DNA from: Octopus sinensis
Taxonomy: Eukaryota
Direction: 5' to 3'
Length of the DNA: 64,000 nt
Assembly: GCF_006345805.1 (NCBI RefSeq)
Contig: NC_043007.1
Span: 76,570,001 to 76,634,000 of the forward strand
The position numbers were made by a program, and so were the translations under genes. Positions within the stretch are counted from its first letter, which is position 1; the number at the start of each line of letters is the position of its first letter. Shown here in pieces: positions 1 to 13,065 of the stretch. Under the pieces are notes generated by a model. The model did no database searches. It worked only from the letters and a program-made list of their open reading frames with translations, and was not told the origin of the DNA.

Positions 1-526
1 ATGTCGAGGGAGATGGCACTGGAACTACCACTCTCACTCACGGGGCCCGCACTTGCGGACAGCAATCTCCGCCCCGATATAATCTAGGGGCCGAGAAAGC
101 CGGAAGTCTCGGCCCGATGTTATAGTAGAAGTCATTTTCCCGATTAAGTCCACTCTGTTTCTTGATTTTGTTTTTCTGTAAGGTAGTATATTATTCCTGC
201 CAATGAGGTAGCCCTTAAGTTTTCCGTGTCACTGCCGTCCAGAGCATCCAAACCAACACAGCCTTTTACAGCCAATACAAATGTGCCGGTACTTATTTTA
301 TCGATCCCGAAAGGATGAAAGGCAAAGTCGGCCTCGGGGGCACAAGGCTAGAAAATATTCGAGTAGTACTTATCTTGACGACACTAGAAGGTTGAAAGGC
401 GAAGTAAGCGTTCAGGGCTTTGAAGTCAGAATATCATGACCCAAAATACCTGCAAGGCATTTTGTCTAACGTTCCAACGATTATGTTAGACATAAAAATG
501 TGTCGATGTATATTTCAACAACTTTA

Positions 527-1076
527 GGCGCAGGCGTAGCTGTGTGGGTAAGAAGCTCACTTGGTAACCACATGACTTCTGGCTCAGTCCAAATGCGCTG
601 TATCCTAGTTTTATTTTTTTATGCGCCCTTTTCAAGCCTAGCCAGGCTCATGGGCCCGGTTTTCCGGCTTCTGTGGCGTATTGTCCCTCCCCCTCCAGCT
701 GGACAGGACGCCAGTCCATCGCAGCGTTACTCAAGAAACAAGAAGAAAGAGTGAGAGAAAGTCGGGACGAAAGAGTACAAGGGTCACCACCATCCACTGC
801 TGGAGCCTCGTGGAGCTTTAGGTGTTTTTGCTCAATAAACATACACAACGTCCGGTCTGGGAATCAAAACCGCGATCCTCCGACCGCGAGTCCGCTGCCC
901 TAACCACTGAGCCATTGCGCCTCCTGTATCCTAGGTAAGTATCTTTTACTATAGCCCCAGGCTGATCAATCCCTTAGGAGGAAATATGGTTGAGGGAAAG
1001 TGTGAGGAAGACCGTCATATGCGCACACACACACAAACATAAACACCCACACGTATGTGTGTGTTCGTGTGTGTGT

Positions 1077-1115
<39 letters not shown>

Positions 1116-1313
1116 TGTATATGTGTACCTTTGTGTCTATGTTTGTCCTCTACAGCGCTTAGCAACCTGCGTTGGTTTGTTTATGTCTCCGTCACATTGC
1201 GGTTCGACAAAACAGAACGATAGAATAAGCACTGGGGTCGATTTGTTCGGGTAAGAACCCTTGGAGGCAGTCTCCTAGCATGACTGTAGTCCAATGACTG
1301 AAACAAGTAAAAG
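527..1313 (+). mobile_element. tRNA-derived SINE (family B, CORE-like centre, internal (GT)n), interrupted by a family C SINE at 609-924
   Basis: Head GGCGCAGGCGTAGCTGTGTGG and tail CAATGACTGAAACAAGTAAAAG match the cleaner copy at 28881-29325. Confidence 0.8.
609..924 (-). mobile_element. tRNA-derived SINE (family C) with 10-bp TSD
   Basis: Minus-strand head GGAGGCGCAATGGCTCAGTGGTTAGGGCAGCGG (A box) and A-rich tail; TGTATCCTAG duplicated at 599-608 and 925-934. Confidence 0.85.
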
Positions 1314-1362
1314 ATTACGTTTGTTATATATCCTCTTGGGGGAAACCATACTTCTTAAGATA

Positions 1363-1622
1363 TTTTTTTATGCGTCCTTTTCAAGCCTAGCCAGTCTCAT
1401 GGGCCCGGTTTCCCGGTTTCTGTGACGTATGTGTTCCCCCCAGCTGGACGGGACGCCACTCCATCGCAGCGAGAGAAAGTTGGGGTGAAAGAGTACAACG
1501 GGGGTCGTGGAGCTTTAGGTGTTTTCTCTCAATAAACACACACAACGCCCGGTCTGGGAATCGAAACCGGGATCTTCCGACTGCAAGTCCGCTGCCCTAA
1601 CCACTGGGCCATTGCGCCTCCT
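1363..1622 (-). mobile_element. family C SINE, internally deleted, 11-bp TSD
   Basis: Aligns with 609-924; B box GGTTTCGATTCCC on the minus strand; TTCTTAAGATA at 1352-1362 and 1623-1633. Confidence 0.85.
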
Positions 1623-2097
1623 TTCTTAAGATATATAAGGAAATAAAATATCAATCTCTAAATACCACCCACTGTCGCTATTGTTAGACTACATCGTATA
1701 AACAACAATGACAGCCATAATTGATCAGTCAACTGCAGCAAAGTATTTCCTGTCAGTGCCGATGACAATTACAAGTTCCTTTAATATAATACAATAGTTT
1801 GGGTCAGTAAATTACTCATAGGTGTAAATTACTCACAGGCATGTATATTTGACGTACATACAGAGATACTCATAAGCATTAAACAAGAATCATGTAAGCA
1901 CTAGTATAAATCCCTTACATCCGCTTAACGAAACCCCAAGCCAATAATGTAGTGTAACGTAATGTAACTTCTGTAAGTCACAAAACCTACTAGAAATAGC
2001 AACGAAATCTTCCTCCGGTTACATCCATCACTCTTTCGGCAAAGCGAATGTAGATTGTGTTTGGAGAAATGACTGGATGTTTTCGGCTGAAGTGTCT

Positions 2098-2320
2098 TTA
2101 ACCTTTTAACATTTAGATTACTGTAACGCTTATCAAATGTAACGCTTATTTACTCATTGCTTTGAATTGCTTTGAATTTACTCTGCATAAACTTGTAGCC
2201 TTGAGGTTTCGGTTTTGTGATTATTTTTAATATTGTAGAATGGGTGCGAGAGACTGGATCTGGCCAGTTTGAACATCAAGCAGGTGGAATATTTTGGCCG
2301 AATATGGCCAGCTATAAATC
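2098..2320. mobile_element. degenerate MITE (possibly piggyBac-type TTAA/CCC ends)
   Basis: Starts TTAACC-TTTAACATTTAGATTAC and ends TGGCCGAATATGGCCAGCTATAAAT; resembles a common octopus repeat recalled from memory. Confidence 0.45.
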
Positions 2321-2815
2321 TAATCGATCAGATGTGACCAATTCAAAGAATGAACACATTCTCAGGTGTAGGCAGGTGGCATTCATGAAGCCACTTGTCA
2401 ACAAAATGCTTTCTCACGGTGAAACAATACGTAAAAATATTTCGACAGCAAAAAAATATAATATATATGTGTGTTTTTGTATGTCAACAATACATGTTCA
2501 TGTATGTCAGCAATGTGTGTGTGTGTGTGTGGTGTGTGTGTGTGTAAATTCCACAGGTTTCGCTTGTGAATACTGAGAATTTAGTAACCTTTTGTTATTT
2601 GTAACGGTGGAGACGACGATGAATCGCAGACAAGATACAGAAGGGGGCGGGGAATGCAAGAGGAAGTTAGCTGAGACGAGAACAATGAAAATATGTGAAA
2701 ATAACTGAAAGAACAAAAGAGAAACACCTATGAATCAACACAAACGTATAAACATACGCATTCACGCACATGCACACACACACACATACATACACACACC
2801 CACGCTCGCACTTAC

Positions 2816-2846
<31 letters not shown>

Positions 2847-4456
2847 CATACATACATACATACATACATACATACATACAAGGTCAAGCGTTTTTTATCT
2901 TGATATGAGACCCCTTCCTGTAGCGCATACGTCATCGTGATGCATGCGCCTGGTGTAATCTTATCAGATGGGTTGTCATGGGGAATATATTGGGCTTCGT
3001 CTATTATCTGATCTGAACTGTATTTAACCTTAGTATTTTCATGAAACGATGGCACTTATCTAAATATGATATTTAACTCTCACAAATTTCTTAGTGTCAA
3101 TGCCATGAACAATAGGAAGAGACTCATAGAAAAATCTACACTAGGTTTCCAATCCTGAATAAGAATTCGGGAAGCGATTCGCTTCAGAGTTATTATCAAT
3201 TATTTTTTCAACATACGTCAAGAGGTAAACGATCTTAACTATGGAACGACATCAAAATCATTGTCTATAATATTATTCTCCTATTGTACTACATCTTTAT
3301 CTTCATATTAGATAAAAGTTCATAAGGCTAGTTTTTGAACCAGTCTCATTGAACGAATCATAGTAGCTACCCCAATAAACTTCGGTATCTCAAAAAAGAA
3401 AAAAACATATGTGTGTAGGCAAGAAAGCAATTTATTCTGCTGTTTAGCAGGGTTTAGCAACAAAGAGTTGAAATTGCTCCCTTGATAGTCATGGTATAAC
3501 TGGAAAGACAATTCTGATCAGTCTCATTTCTTGACGTCAATATAAAAGCATATCTATTGCAGATGTTTTTGTTTTGCGGGTCTTACTCTTAGACTCCTTC
3601 AGAGGTGGGGACACACAGCACTTTTGCTTTCAAATTCCTCTTGGACTTAGGCACAAATAATATAACTGCTTGCAAAATTACCAAGAATTCGCGAACCGAA
3701 CACGTTCTTAAGAGATAACAAATAATTACTAGGAGTGATTCTAGAGGTCCTAGACTGGATACTTCAGAACTTACGCTAAAATAAATCTCAAATTGGAGGA
3801 GTATCAGAAATATTGTCCTGAGATTTCCAGCAAACCCTGCCAGTGATACGAAAAGAAACAAAAGCTTCTGAAATTCTTAAATTGTATTCACTTTCGACTG
3901 AAGTTAAAATCTTCAAATTGTCTACGATTATGAGAGTCAGTCTTTTTGGAGATTATCTGTCGAGTGATTTTTGCCAATAATTTCTGACAAACTGGAGCGG
4001 ATAAATTCATCTCTTGTAAACGTAATGGTTAAAACAGCAGATGGATTGATATCAAAGTGCTATTCAGACTGCAACATCATTAACTAACACAAATGGCTGT
4101 AGGTAAAAAAAAAAAGAAATACATCACATAAATTCCTGGTGTATTGAAATTATTCTCATTTCAAGAGAAAGTAAAGAAACGCCTAGTGGTAATTACAACC
4201 GACCCCGAATCAAAAATGGGAAGTAATCACAAGAATCAAGAACTTCTCGGGTTTGACATGCTATTGAAGAGAATACGGTCTTTTTTTCTCTGGAGACAAG
4301 AGAACAGTTGTGAAGTGTATTTCTACATCGTAGGTATCATCAGCATCGCAGTTGCCTATAGAAATAAAACGTTGGCTTGGTACTTTCGTACACATTTAAA
4401 CAAATGTGTAAGTAATGTGTGTGTGTATGTGTGTGTATATGTATATACATATATAA

Positions 4457-4576
<120 letters not shown>

Positions 4577-4674
4577 CATGGGTGTGTGTGATTGTGGATA
4601 GAAGAATATATTAATCAAAGTAATTCCAACTTTGATTTTCACGTTATGATAGAATATTAAATGTTCATTTTGAT

Positions 4675-4719
4675 TGAACTAGTATTTTCATGCATTAAAC
4701 TATGCAATCTTCAGGTTCA
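4675..4719 (-). ncRNA. minimal type-I hammerhead ribozyme (Penelope-associated)
   Basis: Minus strand reads UGAAC-CUGAAGA-U[UGCAU-AGUUUA-AUGCA]U-GAAA-AUAC-UA-GUUCA: 5-bp helix I, intact core, 5-bp helix II, 1-bp helix III. Confidence 0.7.
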
Positions 4720-5238
4720 TTTAGTACTGGTGAGAGTTATGTTTTACAATTTACAACTGTAGTGAGATGTCTAAAATGTGTGCCTTAAATACATTTGTGT
4801 AGGCTCCTGAATGTTAAGTTTTACAACCTGTACTCTGACCAATCAATGTGTGGCTTCACTAGATTACTTAAGTTGATTGGTGTTTGATTTTGGCGTCTCG
4901 GTTTGTTGAAAATGATACCTGTATTTTGACCCTGGCTAAAAGCAGTAATTGTTTGGCTATTTTTAGAAATGTAAAAACATTTCTAAATGGGATTTTTACA
5001 TTTCAGTTATCCTCACCATTATCATCACATTTATTATTGATGTCGTTGGTGGTGGTGGTGTTAGGAGTAGTTGTGGTAATAGAACTTTAAACCCTAAATA
5101 AGATTTTTTTTACTGGCTTTTCTCTTGACTTAGCTAGTATTTTCCTTCTATCGTCATCATGAGAACCTTTAGTATTTTTGTTGTTGTTGTTGTTGTTAGT
5201 GGTGGTGGTCGTAGTAGTAGGAATAGTACCTCTAATCA

Positions 5239-5480
5239 TTATTCTTGTTTATTTAGCTTGAGTTGGAGTTTATCAATTAAGTTCTTTTCTCTGATTTTTC
5301 TTTCATTTTCACTTGGACTGTGTAGTTTGTGAAATGGAAATATTATACATATTTTCCAATCACATGTTGCTAGGTGGTTACTCAAAGGTATCTGACGGAC
5401 ATCTGGGTCTCTAATTTGCTCTCGGTGCACACGTGAACGTTCTCATTGTGCATTTCCGGTCTGACCCACATACAGTTCTT
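5239..5480 (-). pseudogene. Penelope-like GIY-YIG endonuclease C-terminal fragment
   Basis: ELYVGQTGNAQ*ERSRVHREQIRDPDVRQIPLSNHL...FPFHKL..ERKIREKNLIDKLQLKLN; YVGQT and the R..H motif are typical of PLE GIY-YIG. Confidence 0.8.
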
Positions 5481-5782
5481 CACAATTTGAGTATTTGATG
5501 CAGTAAATTAAATTTCTGCTTTTGCAGTTTATATTTGCGTTTGTGAATATTTTTCCGGTTTTTGTTATTGGCCTGCATGTGTGAATTGGAATGTGCCACA
5601 TCGGCTATCATTGCATTTAGATACAGTGAAGGATTGGTCTTTGTTGCTAAGGTCAAACTTTGCCTATATATATATATATACATACATACATGGTAAATAT
5701 ATATTTGTATGTGCTGTACAATTGTATTTACACACATGTGCGCACGCACACACACTCGTGCACATATAAATATGTTTATGTG

Positions 5783-5863
<81 letters not shown>

Positions 5864-6164
5864 CGCGTGCGTGTATGTGTATTCATTATTACTACTTTTT
5901 TCACTCATGAAATAAAATATCTATAAATATTGGATCAATTGATAGAGGCAACTACATGCCAGCAAAAGTAGAATTTTATAAAAGCATCATAAAGACAGGA
6001 TTTTTTCTGCTATTTTGTTGTTATCTTTAATGAATTCGGGAGCTGAATTAACGGTACGTGTCTTTCATATGTTACACATATTAAATGAATTGAGGTTTAA
6101 CTATAACAAAATTTACACTTGTCTCATGTCAACATCTCCCACAAGATCCAGTCCTTGTTGTAAT

Positions 6165-6470
6165 GAAGTGGCTTGTGTGCCTCGATGACTTTGAGAGCTA
6201 TGGCAGAGGAGCGCACGCCCTTGATAGGTCTCTCATATTGGACAGATCAAAAAATAGAAGCCAGCTTAATATGGATAACTTCTTCACAGCGGTAAAAATA
6301 GCTTCGTATATGGCCAATGCTCCTATCTAGGAAAAAGCAAAGTTATAGAAGCCTCGATGACAATTCAAAACCAACAAGACTTGAGAGAGGGAAGCAGCCC
6401 TTAGTCAAGAACCGTGAAGGAAAGTCGTCCATGCCCTATGCTCTGAAGGGAGTGGAGGACTTGAGTAAGT
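6165..6470 (+). mobile_element. possible short non-autonomous RTE derivative
   Basis: GATGACTTTGAGAGCTATGGC-like 5' portion and GCCCTATGCTCTGAAGGGAGTGGAGGACTT 3' end resemble RTE termini (recall only). Confidence 0.35.
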
Positions 6471-7364
6471 AGCAATAAAATACTGAATTACTCACTCCAA
6501 CTCTATTCGTTGAATCACCTTTTATAACAAAGTGGATTTCTTTATAAGTATTTATATTCAAAGCTTAGGTCTGAATAGACAATGACTATTTGCCCAGCCA
6601 GGCGGAACGTTTCTGATACACGTTGATGTTTTCATTAGCATAAGAGCACTTTTAAGTTTCACAAATGCTTTCAGTAGATATCCGGGGAAAATTTATGACT
6701 ATTACTGGTATGTTTTGTGGTTATTGTTGATAATGTTATTTAATCCTAGGTTAGCCGTGGCCAAGCACAGATATAATTAAAGGCTGTGCAGCCTTGCCCA
6801 TCCTGAATATCAAGGACTGCATTATCTAATGAGTCGTTCCTGTTTCATCATATTGTCGATTGGTAGAGTTGTGGTATTTTTACTGCAGCACTTTATCTTA
6901 GATCATGGATTAATTCGCTCAGTGATGTGGTTTAAACAACAACAACAAAGGACAGAGATAGTACACTCCTTAAATACTTTGAGTTTCAATGCACACGCAC
7001 ACACACGCATACACACATATGTGTGTATGTCTGTCTGTATGTATGTATGTTTGTGTATATATATATATATAATAACAGTGACTCAACTCCACATAACTTA
7101 AAATTTTGTGGGCGTGGTAACCACGTCCGTATGTTGTTGTTGTTGTTGTTGTTGTTAAGCAACAAGATAGGTAAGGGTGATTAGGTGATGGTCTAGGGCT
7201 TAGGGGCAGGAGACCCCCAGACCTTGGAAAAAAAACTTTGGTCGTCTTGTTGTAGTCGAGGGCTCTTCGTTGACGCCCGACACCACTGGGAGGTGGCCCT
7301 CGAAGTCGCTGGAAATGGAGATATCCAGGTCCAAATTCTTGAACGGCAGACGTCCGTACGTATG

Positions 7365-7587
7365 TACGAGGTGGTGCAGAAAAGTTCCTGTCTTTAGGTA
7401 AAAGAAACTAAAGACGGGTCGATTAATTATGATTTTATTCAGCATATTCCCTTCTCAAATTCACACACTTATTGCTGCTGCCTTTCAGTTTTTCTAAGCC
7501 CTCTAAAAGAATTCAGAAGGTTGGGCCTCCAACAAGGCCTTTCGTGATACCCTTAAAGCCAGGAACTTTACAGCACCTCCTCTCGTG
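7365..7587. mobile_element. mariner-type MITE
   Basis: TIRs TACGAGGTGGTGCAGAAAAAGTTCCTG and CAGGAACTTTACAGCACCTCCTCTCGT. Confidence 0.8.
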
Positions 7588-7599
7588 TGTGCATATACA

Positions 7600-8346
7600 C
7601 AGAGTGGCCCAAAAGTCACTGATGAGTTTTAATTGTTAATAACTCACTTATTTTTACCAATAGGCGTATGAAATTTTAATCCAATATAGAGGAGATAATG
7701 GAGATTAATTTGCATTAGTCCTTTTTCATCATATCTCTTTCCAAAATATATTCCATGACAGCTGTAAAGGTTTCAGGGTCCAGTACCCTGGTATTCTCCT
7801 TCAATTGCTCCAGGGTTTCTAGTTTGTTGACATAAACCTTCTTCTTGAGGTACCCCAACAAGTCAGGACTGATCAAGTCTGGGGAATGCGATAGACAGTT
7901 GACATTACAATAGCGAGAGATAATTCTTTCTCAAAAAATATTGTCTCAGCAACTGTATTGTCTCGTGGTATGAGCCACATCTTACTGGATTCACATGTCG
8001 GGCCTATTTTTAATGGCCCGGCGCAAAAGCGTTCTCGATCATGGACCTGTACCGCTCACGAGTCACAGTGACAGCATTCCCATCATCGTCCTCAAAGAAA
8101 TAAGGCCTGATTATCTCATCCACCGTAATTGCACACAATACTTTATGGAGTGCAATTATCTTTGGTGCTCTCTTGATTTGAATAATTGAACCCTGATTTT
8201 GATTGAACACTTGGGTGTGTTGTGCGGTGCCATATTTTTTCCATAACTAATTTCCAGGACCTAGTCCATAAAATCCCTGAAAGAAAAAAGGTAAAAATGA
8301 TAAAAGAATTATCAAAGATTGCAACCCCTCAGTAACTTTTAAGCCA

Positions 8347-8351
<5 letters not shown>
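7600..8351 (-). pseudogene. internally deleted Tc1/mariner-superfamily DDD transposase element with degenerate TIRs
   Basis: LCAITVDEIIRPYFFEDDDGNAVTVTRERYRSMIEN and HSPDLISPD..LGYLKKKVYVNKLETLEQLKEN; TIR CAGAGTGGCCCAAAAGTCACT vs AGTAACTTTTAAGCCACC. Confidence 0.8.
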
Positions 8352-8433
<82 letters not shown>

Positions 8434-8499
8434 GGCGGTGCATCAGCATGGCCGCAGCTCTGAGCTGAAACAAAAAAAAATACATATATATACAAATAT

Positions 8500-8549
<50 letters not shown>

Positions 8550-8584
8550 GTATATATATATATAATATATATATACTTACATAT

Positions 8585-8719
8585 ATCGTATTTCGTATTT
8601 CATGTTGTTTACGTTTTATGACGTCCTGTACCCATATATGCATGTATATATACATACATATGTAAGTATGTACATATATGTACAGTATGTATATATGCAT
8701 ACACACACACACACACACG

Positions 8720-8776
<57 letters not shown>

Positions 8777-9500
8777 ATACTATTTATATTATTATATGAC
8801 TGAACGCCACGCATCTGTTTCCAAATAAGTTTATCTTAATAATTTTGATGCGACTCTGTCCTGTACTCTTGTCCCTCTCTCTACCCTCTTTCGTTTTCTC
8901 TCTCTTCCTTTCTCTAATTCTTTTCTCCCCCTCACCGTTTTCTATCGGTCCCTCTCTCTCTCTCTCCCTCTTCTTCCTTTACTATCTCGTTGCTCACACG
9001 TGATCGTCGTCCATATTTCTTTTCCTCACGTGATCATCTTTCTTTTCTTTTGGTCTGTGTCACAGACCAGACGCATCCTTGTCTGTCACCTTTCCTATTT
9101 TTTCTCCTGTCAAATATTGTTCCTCCAGCGTTCGCTACCTTACCTCGTATGGCCTAGCGGTCCTCACTGTTTGTTTTCACTGTCCTGTTTTTGTTACCAA
9201 CTTTGACCTTCCGCAAATCCCAAATTTTATTTTGGTTCGCGGGAGCAACTGTTTTCTCGAAGGCACATATTGTCGTGAACTGCTCAAAATGTGGAGTAGA
9301 TAAACAGCCGAAAACTGATGAAGGGTCGTTCTTTATGTTACTTGTCCTGTTTTCCATTTGTTTCGTTCGTTGTTCGCATACAAAAGTTTGTCTTCGTATT
9401 TCATATTTCATATCGTTTACGTTTTATGACGTCATGTACCCATATATGCAGGTATATATACATATATATGTAAGTATGTACATAGATGTATGTATATATG
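8585..9500 (+). mobile_element. non-autonomous element with ~100-bp direct repeats (Penelope-like organisation)
   Basis: 8587-8690 repeated at ~9394-9495; pyrimidine-rich interior related to the reverse complement of 34050-34400. Confidence 0.55.
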
Positions 9501-9506
9501 TATATA

Positions 9507-9558
<52 letters not shown>

Positions 9559-9604
9559 TATATATCTATATCTATATATATATATATATGCATATATATC
9601 TATA

Positions 9605-9634
<30 letters not shown>

Positions 9635-9637
<3 letters not shown>

Positions 9638-10894
9638 TATTATAAAAGGCAGATTTTATCTGCCTCCCTTTGTAACTTATAGAAATCTACAATATAGGAT
9701 TTCTTCAATTACAATTTACCTAGCATTTTTAAGAGTAGAATGCATCGGGTCATGCCAGGTCCAGTTTTTAAAATTTAAACTCCAATTAAGCAAAATTTAC
9801 AGAAAACTCACATTCTGGTGTGTATGTCCAATGCTTTTCTTAATGTGGTTTACACCACACGCAAACGCACACACACACAAACGGAGCGAACTTTCACTGA
9901 CGCTATCACCCTTCTCCTCCTTTGTCTTTGCAAGTTTGCAGCTATTAAAGTGAAAACAGTGAATCCGACAGCGATAAAGAAAACGAATTGGTACCTGAAT
10001 GGAGTGAAAATTTAAAAACTGTTTCTTTCGGTGATTTTTCTGAAGAAACTGCACCAAGCCACAGACTTTCCCAGGAGAGTAAAGCCTTAGACTATTTCTT
10101 TTTACTTTTTCGAATGAGCCTATTTGAAATCATTACCGCAGAAACGAACCGTTACGCTAAACATAAACAAAACGAAAGAAAGGATAGTTTGTTATTTCCC
10201 ACAACCTTAAATGAAATTAAGGCCTATTTTGCCATAAATATTATTATGGGTATCAGAAAGTTACCCAGAATAACAAATTCTATCGTAAAATTTTGTTGTA
10301 TACCCAATTGAATATTAGCTAATAACCCATTTTCTATAGCGATGTTTGAACAAAATTTTAATAATTTTATATATTGTTGAATTTACCTGTATCTACCTGC
10401 AATTAGAGTCACTTTGTGACAAAAATTATAGTATAGAATTGGTTGAGGACATTTCATTAAATTATCTTCCAAAAATCACATTAATATATTGATAAATAAA
10501 AAAGTTATTGTTGTTTAATGAAACCAGACTAAATTTATGATTACGTTAGAAATTAATTGAAACACATAAGGGGTGTATTTTGGCCAAAACCGGGTATCTT
10601 ATAGTCGTGAGTCATATCGAGCCCTTCTGGGTATTAGCGCGCGTCTACGATGAGTCTACGATTTAAAAAAATTTACCATCATATTTTTCCATTTTAATGC
10701 ATTTTTTTCGCTATTATATAAGGGAAGTAACTCTCTAAAAATATCTACGATGTGTCAACGATTTAAAAAGAAATTTACCTTAATTTTTTTTCCATTTTTA
10801 ATGCATTTTTTCCTATTTTTTGGCTATAACTCTCTAAAAATGCTTATATAGTTATTTCCCTTACAAACCCGAGCAACGCCGGGCGATACTGCTA

Positions 10895-10895
<1 letters not shown>
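9635..10895 (+). mobile_element. non-autonomous Helitron carrying a piggyBac fragment
   Basis: 5' TC after A; 3' hairpin CCCGAGCAACGCCGGG then CTAG followed by T; 3' portion shared with 32805-33317. Confidence 0.8.
9990..10290 (+). pseudogene. piggyBac (PGBD-like) transposase N-terminal fragment
   Basis: LDYFFLLFRMSLFEIITAETNRYAK...TTLNEIKAYFAINIIMGIRKLPRI matches the DDE_Tnp_1_7 N-terminal pattern. Confidence 0.8.
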
Positions 10896-10955
<60 letters not shown>

Positions 10956-11677
10956 CTACACACATAATAGAAAATAAACCTAGCCTGAATAGAAAACTAG
11001 AATGGAGCACTAGCACACACCACAACATATGACGATAGAGGATCCCGAAAACATAATAAATACACAGATAAATAAACAAATAGAAATAAATAACTATATA
11101 TATATATTTTTTTATATATATATCTTTTTTTCGATTCGATTTATTATTATTATTACTAGTATTGTTGTTATACATACATACAAGCATATGTAATGATAAT
11201 AATAAGTGGGTGTAAACACATGAACAAAATAAGAATAAACAAAAACAACAACAAAAACAAAATACAAATTACATGAACGTATATAAACAGAAGATACAAA
11301 TATTACAGGCATCCCCCCCCCACATACACACACAAAAATAAACATAGACGCACATAGAGATATAAGCATGCGCAAATGAAGACATACAATAGAAATACAA
11401 AATGGCTGACGGTTAGTAAGGAGAGACACAAATAAGAAAGAAGAAAACAAAGGACCACTGATGCGGTCACAGGAGTGTGACGAAAGAACTCTGGCCGAAA
11501 TCAGATTAAGATTAATGTAAAAAATAAATAACACTGAAGCAAAATAACACCAAATATATAGTGCGTGTGTTTTTATTGGCTAAACTGGCAAAATGACCAT
11601 TCCGAAATATAACAATATCTGTTTCAACACACGACTTCACATAAAAAATTGTGCACAACAAATATTTAAACGTGTAT

Positions 11678-11727
<50 letters not shown>

Positions 11728-12959
11728 AGTGTTTGTGGTTATCTATGTGTGTTTAGTCCAAAAAGGCTCTGAAACGATGCATCCTCGAGAAAAACGAATT
11801 TGATTTTCAAATTCTGTCCCACAGACAGTGTTGTTCATAAATGATAATAAAAAAAATATCATTTTCTGCGAGCAATAAACTCAACTTTTAGATCGACAAG
11901 TCTCCCACTTTCTATCTATTACTTTCAAACTATCTCTTTCTATATATATTGACCATACTCTTCGACACTCACTCTCTTTGTCTATGTATTAACTCACACG
12001 CATGGCTTTCATTTTGTTTAATATCTCGTATTCTATCTAACGTTTGCTTCCATTTTTTCACAGCTTTCACGTACGAAAATCCTGTTTTCTGATCGGGTAA
12101 AAATTATCAAAATTGAAACCTCTCAAACATTTTTCTAAAATTTTTCTGGAAATTTTTTCTTGTTGCTTAAATCCCAGCAACTGACCACTGCATCATCATT
12201 CCATAAAATGTGCTTATGGAGAGAAAAATATTGAAAAGCATCAAACATCTCAGAATGACAAAGGAACGAAGAAGGTACCAGTGGTTGTTGATGTGCTAGA
12301 AACAACAGCTAAATCTCCTTTAAATCACGTTTTCGCTTGAAAATTATTTTGAAATTATAAACAGAAACAAATTGATCTTTTAAAAATTTCGAAAAAAAGC
12401 TGAAATTTTAGGATTTATTTTCAATGAAAAATCTTTTGGAAATTTCACTATCGTTTTAAATTGCATTTAATTTTCTGTTTGAAAATGAAGGAAGCGGGGT
12501 CATTCCTACGCATGTGTGCTCCCCGCCGACTTTGTTTCCTCATAACTTCCAGAGAAATGGATACATTTTAAGTAAATTTTCTACAAATACGATTCAGATT
12601 ATGTAGATTCCGATTACACCTCCATTTCATGGATTCAACCATGTTCTAAACTAAGTCGAAATGTAAGCTGCTATAAATCAGCACGAACTTTCCGGACAAC
12701 CTAATAGTTTGGTCATGAGAGGCAAACAACCAAGCGCACATTTTTCACCCAGTAATTACCCTGAGAAATGTGTTTTTTGTTATTTTTCACTTTATTTAAT
12801 GAACTGCAGTTACGCCTTATATAAATATCCAACTTAAGGGGGAACTTGTATCTACCGGTCATCTACCCACCAACCATTTACTGAATTATGCAATGAACTC
12901 CATTCATTAAATTTATGCTAAGAGAGGTACCCAGTGTTGACCAGGTGCTGAATATCAAA

Positions 12960-13065
12960 ATGTTGTTGTTGTTGTTGTTGTTGTCGTCAACGTCATCATT
13001 GTTGTTGTTGTTGCTGTTGTTGTTGCTGCTGTTGCTGCTGTTGTTGTTGTTGTTGTTGCTGTTGT
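12960..13065. repeat. (TTG/CTG)n microsatellite
   Basis: Seen directly. Confidence 0.95.

Noticed and set aside
3100-4400. Possible hAT transposase relic (KRLVVITTDPESKMG resembles ITTDGA..M)
   Set aside because: A single weak motif with many stops and no TIRs found
9305-9345. CCGAAAACTGATGAAGGG hammerhead-like words
   Set aside because: No GAAA after helix II and no helix I pairing
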